Below, one piece after another: positions 38,801 to 50,800 of a stretch of DNA of 64,000 bases (position 1 is the stretch's first letter; the number at the start of each line of letters is the position of its first letter). The position numbers and the translations under genes are program-made. The DNA lies in assembly GCF_006345805.1 (NCBI RefSeq), contig NC_042999.1:125674001-125738000 (forward strand), read 5' to 3'. Below the pieces are notes generated by a model. It had not been told where the DNA came from. It did no database searches and worked only from the letters and a program-made list of their open reading frames with translations. This DNA comes from Octopus sinensis. Its lineage: Eukaryota.

Positions 38801-41800
38801 GGTGCAATATTTTAGGTAAAAAGTTTCTTAATCTTTACTTTACTAGAAGTAATAGCTTGTCCTATACTTTTTACAGGTGTAATAACTTGTCTTGTACTTT
38901 TCCAGGTTTATAATCTTAAGAATATTACTTTGCATGCTCGCATTTTCCCATCTACCTATCTTCAGTGAATATCACAGATGAAGCATGCATAAAAAAATAC
39001 TTTCATACAAAAATACAAACCAAGACATAACAAACTTTAACAGAGTACATACACAAATAACTATTCACACAGAAACTAATTCTGCCACTTCACACTGAAA
39101 CAAAAATATTACCTAGACGTTTAACAAACTGAGAAACAAAAATAATATCAAGTGAGTAAATAGAATATAGAAAATGAAATCTCTTATCTGCATGCCTTAA
39201 ATACACAGGCTAACATACAAAAAAAAAACTGCTCTAACATACAAAAAATATTCTGGTTATTTCATTAGTCTTCTTTTTCTTTCTTTTTTTATTATTTATT
39301 TAAGATTAGATTACAGCTGAAATAGCCTGCAGTCCTAAAAGTAGAAAATTCCACATGCTAAGAAAATTCAATAAATTCAAATGTAGTAAATTTAGTAAAA
39401 TCATTGCTGTTAATAAACTCACTGTGAAATGGTTAACAATTGAAGACTAAGCTTTGTGGCATCGTTATCAGCATAACCAGTAATTTCTAAAACTCGAATA
39501 TCAAGCATTTGCTGAACAGGTGAAATTATGCCCGTCTGTAATTAAAAACAAGATTTTAAAATATAACAAAACTATAACCTGTACATATTTTTGACAAAAT
39601 TATTTCAGAAAAAAAAAACACATTCAATATGTTTTTCTTAATAAAAGGAGTTAAAAATGGAGTATTTGAGTAAGAATGAATAGTCCTTTAAACAACATTT
39701 CCAAAATGAAACTGATTTCAAAGATTAGAAACTAATCTAATTATTGACACAAAATATGAATTAATTGGAAGCAAATAAATTGAATAAATTACACTGGTTA
39801 CTATCAATTTGAGATTAGAAGCAAATAGCATAAATTCTATAGGCTACAAGGTTTTAGTTGGTTTTTCTTTTCCATTGGTTTAGTCAGGAAGAAGAGACTA
39901 TACTCACAACCATCAGAAGTCATCTGGTACTAGTGAGAATGACATAGTTTAAGTTGCTCTTAAACAGATTCAAGTTGATGGAAGGACAAGAGTAAGGAGG
40001 GAATTCCAGAGACCTAAAATTCTAGTGAGGAAGGATTGGAGGGAGCAGTGATTATAGTGGGAGTAGGTGGGTTAGGGCCTTACCTGTACAACAGAGGTAA
40101 GGCCTGAGTGGAGGTGGGATGAGAGCAGTAAAAGAACAGAATAGAGACAGAATGCCTGTGAACTAGAAATAGGAGTAGGAATTATAATGCAGTCATTGGT
40201 ATGACAATGATCTGAGATTGCCAAAAGAGATCTTCAGTGATAATGAATTACAGTAATTTACAATAGCTATGAAGTTATAGCGGCATGGAGAGGTGAGGGG
40301 GGGGGGTGCAACACTGTTTTCTTTGTGCCTGTAGTGTTTATAGCCTCTTACAAATTTTTCAACAAAGCGCCTTAGAGTTAATCTAGCAAAAACCTAAGTC
40401 TTAGTAAATAGGAGAATAGACAAATTACAAGTCCTTTCAGGTAGATGGCCCTGCTTGATCTGTAGAAAAGACATAGGTAGTAACTCTGTAAGATGTACCT
40501 AGTGTAAGCTATAGACACATAAGAGGTGCAGCAATATCAGAGGAGGGTTAACAGGGAAAATAGTTTTTGTGTGTGGAAGGTGCACAGGTACAATTAACAC
40601 AAAGAATGTACAGAAAATAGACTCCATCAAATGCCAGGGGGGAAAAACTAGAAGTAGGTGACCAAGTCAGTAGCGGAGGTGGATGCTCCAAGTGTGTAGC
40701 TGTGAGAATAACAATAGGTTGGGCAAAGATCAGAGAGCTCCTACCCCTGTTGGTAACAAAGAGCTTCTCAGATTGTATGATGCCTGTGTGCGAACAGCCA
40801 CGCTACACAACAATAAAACATGGGCTGTGGCCACTGAGGAGATGCGAAGGCTTGAAAAGAATGAAGCTAATATGCTTTGCTGGATGTGCAATGTCAGTGT
40901 GCATGTACTAGGACAGAGAGTAAGCATCCTGAGAGAAAAGTTGGGCATAAGAGGCATCAGATGTGGTGCGCAAGAGAGACAACTGCACTGGGATGGCCAT
41001 GTAATGTATATAGAAGATGACAGCTGTGTGAAGAAGTAACAATTTCTGATTGTGGAGGGAACCTGTGGAAGTGGTAGAGTCAGGAAGACATGGGATGTAG
41101 TGATGAAGCATGAATGTTGCTTCTTTGAATGTTGGGCTTCGTGGAAGCAATGACAAGTAACCAAGACCTTTGACAATATGCCATGCTTCAGAAAACCCAT
41201 CAAACCGAGTGAAATCACAAACATGGCTCGTGCCAGTGGCATGTAGAAAGCACTCTTCAGATGTTAGGCGATATGCTGTATTTGAGAAGACTTGTCAAGC
41301 CAAGTGAAATCATAGTAGTGGCCAATGTGAGTGTTGCATATCTTGAACTTGTGCTGGTGGCATGTAAAAATCACCCGTTGAACTTTGGGCCTCACGGATG
41401 CAGTGACAAGTGACCGAGACCTTTGGCAATATACCGTGCTTGAGAAGACTTGTCAAGCCAAGTGAGATCGTAATTGTGGCTGATACCGGTGTTTTTTAAC
41501 TGGTACCTGTGCCAGTAGCACGTAAAAATCACTCACTATACTCTTGGAGTGATTGATGTTAGGAAGGGCATCCATGTAGATATCATACCAAATCAGATTG
41601 AAACCTGGTGCAGCTTACCAGTTTTCAGTCAAACTGTCCAACCCATGCCAGCATGGAAAACGGATGTTAAATGAAGATGATGATGTACACAGAAAAAAAT
41701 GTTGCAAATTGATTATAAGGATGATGACGAACAATTCTTTTATGCATTTCTTTTAAATATCAAAATATTTTGCTAATTACAAATGTAAGTGTATTAATTT

Positions 41801-44800
41801 AACTTTAAAAAAAAAACAGTAAAAACATTGTGATTACAACTAAAAAGGAAATGTATTTAATTCCAAAATTTAACAACAACTGAACTAAATTTATTGATGA
41901 GAAATGGAAACAAAAACTATGAACAGCTCCTAAGAATGCTGCTAAAGACAAAATGCCTTACATCATTAGTAAAACAATGATTTGATAAGTTAATCTGACA
42001 GACTACTTTTCAATTATAAATGAACATTTTCTTTGAGCAATTGTCTCTTTTCTTCAATAGTATAAGAATACTTTTGTGTAAACAATAATTTAAGCTTTAA
42101 ACATTAAAGACATTTTAAAAAGACAGTAATTACCAATCATTGTCTCTATCAATCTTAGACTAACACAAACTCCTATTAGAACTGAATTATTTGTGCTGTT
42201 CTCATTTTGCGTTCAATATTGTCAATGAAGTTCTCAAAATATTTATTGATGGAAGTAATCTGATAGAATGCTTCTTTGATTTTATTGCAGTTAATCTTTA
42301 ATGCAGTTAAAAATCGAAGACAATTTTCCACCAACTGCACAGACATATGCAATGGCATATTTCTCAATAATAGTCATTGAAACAATGACTATTGCAAAAG
42401 AAAATTTGAAAAATGCAAAATGATTTAAGGAAATGTTGATCATAATAAATAAATACATCTACAATCATAATAGAAATGCAAAACATCTGTAATACTGATT
42501 TTTGACGCAAGAACAAATACAAGATCAACATTAGCAGGAGAGGAGAGAGAGAGAGAGAAATTAAATTGTTGTCAGTATATAAATCTTATCATTTAATGTC
42601 ACTATTCCATGCTTGTATGAGTCAGACAGAATTTGTTGAGGCAGATTTTCTATGGCCAGATGCTCTTCGTGTTGCCAGTCCTTAGCTGTTTCAAAGTAAG
42701 GTAATATTTTCTGATAGCTAGACATGTTTTTTGAACAACCTCATTGGTATGACAATGATGACACTCATTTACAGCCACCAGGTGATGTCAAGAGAAGGGT
42801 CCACACAAACACAAATTACATACATATTCATATATAGAAAAGGTTTCTTTCAGTTTCCATCTACCAAATCCACACACAAGGCTTTATAAGTCAAGGTTAT
42901 AGTAGAAGACCCTTACTCAAGATGCTGTGTAGTGAGATAGAACCCAAGCTGGGAAGCAAGCTTCTCAACCATACAGTCATGCCCACACATTATCATCATC
43001 ATCATCATCTGTTATCCATACTGGCATGGATTGCACATCTCTAGTACATATTACTACTATTTATTTTTTATTGCAAATATAAAAGACTCCCAGCAAGAAC
43101 TAACATTTAATATGGAATTCTACTATTTCTGCCAAATTTCAACGCCCAATGTACAAAATAAATACAAATTAAAACTAAGTGAATTAAGCATATTAAAGCA
43201 ATAAGGTTTTATTGTGAAAATATCATTTTTCATTCTTTCATATCTTTTACTTGTGCTAGAATACATAAAATGGTTCTTGAAAGTAGCTCTTTATATATGC
43301 TTTTCTATTCCAATAAGAACAACTAAGATAGTTTAAATAAAGCATATTACTCTACCCCTGGTATTTGAGTACTCTTTTTTTCCACCTTGTTTCACATTTA
43401 TGTGTTTACTCTAGTATATATATATATATATAATATATATATATATGTATATATACTAGAGTAAACACATAAATGTGAAACAAGGTGGAAAAAAAGAGTA
43501 CTCAAATACCAGGGGTAGAGTAATATGCTTTATTTAAACTATCTTAGTTGTTCTTATTGGAATATATATATATATATATATACACTTGCCCAAGGTACGA
43601 AGCAGTGGGACCGAACTCGGAACCATGTAGTTGGGAAGCAAGCTTCTTATCACACAGCCACTCCTGCACCTATGTAGTGGGAACTTTTTCCTTTTCCTTT
43701 ATCCATGTTTTTTTTTCTGTCTTGGAAGTTACACAGCAACCTTACTAGTGCTGGTGACATGGAAAAGCACCCAGTACACTCTGTAAAGTGGATGGCATTA
43801 GGAAGGGCATCCAGCAGTAGAAACCATGCCAAACCTGACACTTGAGTTCGATATAGTCTTGTGAATAGCTGGATCTTGTCAAGCTGTCAAATCCATGTCA
43901 GCACGGAAAGCAGGTAGACATTAAATGAAGATAACAAGTAACTCAAAAAGTTATATTTATTTGTTAATTGGACTAAATAGTTTGCAAATAAAAAAAACAA
44001 ATACAAGTTATTGAACTTTTAAGAAAGTTAAAAAAAAAGAATATCATTGTAAAAAACAAAGTGAACACATTTTACATACCCTCATTAGTTCATTGATACA
44101 AGAATGGTATATTTTAAAAATTGCTCGAGGTGAAGGCAAACCTATGTACTGCTTGATATCAGCTCTGTCTATAAATGCCAAATCAATGGCATCTGTGATA
44201 TTTGATGTTGTAAGAATCAAGACATTTGAATAACTGCAAAGAAATTTTAGATAGATTAAGCAAAAGAGGAAAAGAGAATTATGAAAAAAAAGAATCAAAT
44301 TCAATCCTGCTAATAACATATTTCTGAACTGAAAATAAATTCTGCTTCAGCTTAATTAAATGTTTTTTTTTTGGTACAAATCATTTGAAGCAATGAATGG
44401 GATGTATTTGCTCAAAGGTGTGTGTACAATGTAGTGGGGGGAGGGGGAGATTAGTAGAAAACCATAAGAAGCCAAAAGAACATACTTTTTGATTTGGTCG
44501 ATCTTCGTCAGAAGAGCATTGACCACTCTAATAGCATCAGACGGTTCATTGCCATTCAGACTGTTTTTTCTTGCAGCAGTAAGACTTTCAACCTAATCAA
44601 TTACAAGCATCAAGACTTTGTTTCACTTTAAATAGAAATTAATCAATCAAAATATATAATGGTCATGCACAAACAAAACTGAACTCAGCATTTCATTTAA
44701 AAAGATGAAAACATGCAACTTTGCAGTTTGAGAAACAATATATTTCAAAATCTTTCAATCAAGAAACTATGATAGTTTGTATAAGTTTAGTGAGAGAAAC

Positions 44801-47800
44801 TTCCATTACTAACTTCAAGGTATGCTTATCATCATTAATAACAAGGTCTGAACATGTTCTTATCTTAATAGCTACAATAGATTTATTTGTTCTAGATTTC
44901 TATCAACTTGAAATTCTAAACACTTATAACAGATGCTGATTAAGGAAACATTAAAGTTAATTTTTTTTTACTATAACACTAAGAATAAAGTTCATATCTA
45001 TAATCTGTGGCTAAATATTATGTCAGTGATTTAAAAAGATGAAAAAAATTGGTTTTGCAATCTATTTTTTAGCATAGTCTTCCAAACTTAGATATTAATT
45101 TATTACGTGCATGTGAATGTATTTTGTCTGCTGTGATGATTGCTTTTGGTTAAAATCCAATTTAACAAAAAAGGTCAGGAATTTGACGAAACCATTTTTT
45201 TTTACCTCATTTCTATTCTCAGGTAAAAGATATAACCATGTCAATTTCCAATCACATGACCTACCTAACATTGAGTGCCCAGCTTTGAAATAAGTAGTAC
45301 CTACAATAAGTTAGGAGGTACAGTGAGACAAGTAGAGAAATAATCTTTATCAGCAATACCTGCTACAGTATTATATCTGACACAAGATTTGGATACCTGA
45401 TCTTTGGGTCAGTAATCCAGTACTTTAAGCACATAGGCATTCCTATGTTAAATATCAGTACAGTTCACACATCTTATTATTGCATAAATGGTTGCTGGAA
45501 GATTTGTTTTCAACAAATGGTATGACCAATTGTCACTGTATGAAAGAAGTTTATTTTAACTTTGATGGGAGAGCTTATTTCAAGTTTTGTTTATCAGAGT
45601 TTCTACACAAATACAATATTGTATTGGTGACAGGCTATGAACTACCAACCTTTCACCTGGTCAGTGGACCACCATTAACAACTCAACAACTATTATTGAA
45701 GATGAGTACACACACACATACATACACACTTTAAGCACCATAAATATGATGTCAAGAAGCTTTAATTTAACTTTTTGATTAAGTTTCAAAGCATTTATTG
45801 AATGTACATCAAATAAAAAAGTACTTACTTCATCTATTAATACAAATACCAAAGCTTCATTGTCAATAATTATCTCTTCAATTTTCTCAAACAACTTTAC
45901 AACAAGTTTACCACTCTATAAGTGAAAGAAACAATGTCAGTTTGAATAACAGATATATTAGGTTCTCAAGATTTAATCAGCAAATGACTTTATACTTTTT
46001 GATGGGAAGAAGAGGATAAAAAAAAAACAGATACAAAAATATCTCAATGAATCAACATTAGGGAAGTCCCACACATCTGCTCAACTTGCTAGGAATAGCA
46101 ACCAAATTACCCTCATCAGGCCATTGCCACTACTTTTGTACTCAATCTCCTCATCACTAACCAAAATATAACTGTCTAATGGTTTCTCTTTCATTCATTA
46201 CTCTTTCCTCTAATAGCCTCATGCTCTTATCACAATGTTTCCCCCATCATAATATCTCTATCACCCTCTTTTATATGCACACCACCACCACTAAAACAAC
46301 AACAACATAAGCAAGAGAGGACTGACTCTTTTGTCTTGGTATGTGTTATGCGTACGTATGGGTTTTTGTGACTATGTATTGTGTCTGTATGTATATCACT
46401 ATGTGTGCGGATGTGTGTCTCCATATGTATCCTTGTGTGAAGTGTGTGTGTGTATGGTCATGTGTTTCAGTCATTTGTGTATGTGTGTGTATGTATGCTT
46501 GTCTGTTCATATAACCTCTTTACCTGTCCATCTATATGTCTCTCTGTTTACTTTCATATCCATATACTTACATACATGTGCATATACATTTACACATACA
46601 CACACATCTATCTACATATCAACCCACTAACTATTCTAGTTGTATATAAATACAAATATAAATGAAACATCCCCAGTACTAAATAGGAAATATACATAGT
46701 AGATAATCACACTCCCATACCCACATTTTACATTTATATACAGGTAGAATAGTTAGTGGGCTGTTATGTAGATGATTTTGTGTGTGTATATGTGTATGCA
46801 CATGTATGTATGCATATGGATATGAAAGTAAACAGACATATACACGGATAGGTACATAGGTTATATGAACAGAATCATACATACACACACAAAGACTAAA
46901 ACACACGACCATATACACACACACTTCATACAAGGACACATATGCAGACACACATCCACACATATGGAGATGCACATCCATACATACAGACACAGTACAT
47001 AGTCACAAAAACCCATACACACACACTCAGACAGAAGTATACACACACACACATGAACACACAAACACGAATACACAAACATATGAATATGCAGAATACC
47101 TACAAGCGTACACACATATATACATAAGCATACACACACTTGCATGAATGCATACATACATGTGTATGTGCTCACAGACAAAAATAATGCAGCTTGAATA
47201 ATGGACAGAGTTAATTACTATTGAAAAGGTTGCAAGACGCAACGAAAATTTTAGAAAAATAAATAAGTAAATGAGTGGAAATTTTACTAGTGAGTGTATC
47301 AAATTATAGGGCACTAAAAGAGAATGACTCTCCCCAGACACCACAAAATAATTTATATAGTTACGGTGATATGAAAGTGGAAGTCATGCGTAACTGAAAT
47401 CATATGTGTAACGAAAAATTCATCTTTGTTCTAATGAACAAATGGTACCAAAATTAATGAATATAGCTAGGAACGGCTGTACCCCCCCAGTATTAATGCA
47501 TACAATGTAATGGAAATATTTTATGATAAAGATGTACTTTAATTTATAAAGGTGTTATACTTCAGTTCATAGGTTAGTATGAACTTGAGTACCTTCTTGA
47601 TTTTTCATCAGATGATTAAGATTTTAATTGTAGACTGATTAACATAGCCTACTAACATAGTTTCATCATCCTCATTTAACATTCACCCTCAATGTCACCT
47701 CACCTATTCTCACCATCCCCACAGTCCCTTGATGACATGTCCCAATACATTTTTGCCATCATCTCTCTCTCTCACTATTGCTCTCTTCATCTTCCTAACT

Positions 47801-50800
47801 TACTCCCCTTTATTTTTTCCAAATGGGAAATCAATGTATCTACTCTACAGCTAGACACCTATACTTTCAATCTCTCAACTAGCACAAAGCCACATCCCCT
47901 CACTACTACTGCCCCCTTCCAGTTGAGGGTTTTTTGTCTTGTAAGGTACTTGGTAACCCTGTTGGTGTTGGTGCTATGTAAAAAGTACACCCTGTAAAAT
48001 TGTTGGCATTAGGAATGGCATCCAGCTGTAGAAACCATGCCAAAACAGACAATAGAACCTTGTGCAGCTCCTGGCCTTGCCAGCTCCTATCAAACAATCC
48101 AACGTATGCCAGCATGGAAAACAGATGTATGATAATGATGATGATTACAGCTGGATGGCCCTTCCTGCCAACAAATCTCACCTGTCTCCAAGCAAAGTAA
48201 TATTTTTCCATAGATAGATATGTTTTACATGAAAGATTGGAAATGAACAACCACATTCATATGATGATGCTCATTTATAACAATCACACAACACACACAC
48301 ACACACACAAAAAAACACACATATATGATGGGCTTCTTTCATTTTCCATTTACTAAATCCACTCACAAGATTTTGATTAGCTTGGGGGCTATAGTAGAAG
48401 ATACTATCCTAAGGTACTGGGCAATGGTACTGAACCCAACATAACATGGCTAGGAAACAAGCTTCTTAACCACACAGCCATGCATGTGCCTCTATTTCAT
48501 ATTAAAGAAACTCAAAGATAAACTCACATCCAAACATACACAAATAACTGAATGAACTCAAATAGATTAAAAAAGAACATAAAAAATGACATTGGAATAC
48601 AATTTCTAAAACAAGGTGATACAATCAGAATAAGTAAAGATAATTAAATTATATAATTATTAACAGTTAGAAGGAAATGCAATGTGAATTACTTTAGATA
48701 ATTAAATGATATAGTGGCAATTTATTTGTTGTCAACAAATTAAAATTTTGTCATCGAGGAAAAAAATATAAAGCTAAGGATAAAAAGGAGTAAATATATT
48801 AAATTGTTTTATCAAATTTATAACAATATAAAGAATGAAATTAAGATGAGAAATAATCTTACTTCTGAAAACCACTTAGAAAACAATCCATGACTGTTAA
48901 GTTCTATTAATGTGCCGTAACTATAGCGGTCGGATAGTTGAATAGATATTTTCTGTGCCAGAGCTTTACACAGAGAAGTTTTCCCAGTTCCTGGTGGTCC
49001 TAGAACATATAATATCAATGAAAATTAACAATAAACTTTATTCTTTAACAAAGAATCATGATGGTCAAGTAGATAAAAGGACAGTCTCTTGGGTTTAAAA
49101 GTAGTGTGATTGCATCTCATCATTACTGCAATTTTATGCTGAGGGCAAAAGAATAAACTTCACTTGTCTGTTGACAGAGAAATAAAAAGCAGAAAGAAAA
49201 GAACTGGTAGTAGATCACGAAACAATTTGAGTGGTTTGGTGATGTATGATGAAGAAAACCAAATCTCCTCAAAAAGATAAAATATTCTTTAAAATCCATA
49301 TGGTCGATGAAAGATAAATCGAAACAGTACATTTGTTTCAATTTATAATGGGCAGAACAAAACAGGTTTCCTAATGTAAGAAACCTGTTCTGGCCTCTTC
49401 TTTCATACTTTAACCCTTTAGCATTCAAACTGGCCATATCAGGTTCAAATATTCTACCTGTTTTATGTTTAAACTAGCTGGATTTGGGCTCTTACACCTA
49501 CCCTACAATGTCAGTCTAAAAACAAACAATCACATCACTGAAATCTCAGAACTACAAGATAATGCATAATTAAAACAAAATGATTTCAGTAAATAAGCAT
49601 TACATTTGACTGAATAATCTGAATGCTACCTCACATCTCTCAGTATAAAGCTGCTCCTCCTTCTAGAGTAACCTCACTCAGTCAATGGGAGTTTTAATCT
49701 TATAAGTCACATGACAATCCCACTAGTGGTGGTGTCACAAAAAAAAGCACCCCATATACTCTGTAAAGTGTTAGGCATTAAAAAAATATCCAGCTGCAGA
49801 ACTCATGCTAAAGTAGACACTGGAGCATACTGCGGTCTTTGGAAGATGGACATTAACAGATGATCTTTTATCTTTTACTTGTTTATGCCATTAAACTGCA
49901 GCCATGCTGGGGCACCATCATCATCATCATCGTTTAGCGTCCGTTTTCCATGCTAGCATGGGTTGGACGGTTCTACTGGGGTCTGTGAAGCCAGAAGGTT
50001 TCATCAGGCCCAGTCAAATCTGGCAGTGTTTCTACGGCTGGATGCCCTTCCTAACGCCAACCACTCCGTGAGTGTAGTGGGTACTTTTTACGTGCCACCC
50101 GCACAGGTGCCAGACAGAGCTGGCAAACGGCCACGAACGGATGGTGCTTTTTATGTGCCACCGGCACGAGGGCCAGGCGAGGCTGGCAACGGACACGAAC
50201 GGATGGTGCTTTTTACGTGCCACCGGCACGAGGCCAGTCGGGGTGGCGCTGGCAACTGTCGCGAAACGGAAGGTTCTCTTACATGCCACCGGCACTGGTA
50301 ACACCACCTTAAAGAATTCTTAGTCAAATGAATTGACCCCAGTACTTATTTAATTATACCTGGAACTTATTCTATTGGTCTCTTTTGCCAGACTGCTAAT
50401 TTACAGGAACATAAACACACCAACACTAGTTGTCAAGCAGCGGCAGGAACAAACACAAAGACACACACACAAAGATATATGCGACAAGCTTCTTCCAGAT
50501 TCTGTCTATCAAGGCTTTGGTTGGCCTGAGCATACAGTAGAAGACACTTGTCCAAGGTGCCATGCAGTGGGACTGAATCCAAGACCATGTAGTTAGGAAG
50601 CAAGCTTCTTACCACACACCCATGCCTGCATCTACGATGATGATTCTTAAGCTTTCTTTTCAATGTTTCACTGACATTTTCCATGCTAGCAAAAGCGAAA
50701 TGGTCTTTATTGGGGCACTTGTTTAATCCTAGAGTATATCTAAGACTACATTATTCAATATGTTCTTCACTTTTTATAAGATGGTGTGTGATTTGAGGAA

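Noticed and set aside
42176-42367. 63-aa minus-strand ORF in TRIP13 intron 8 as an extra exon
   Set aside because: No TRIP13 similarity, and exons 8 and 9 already join in frame.
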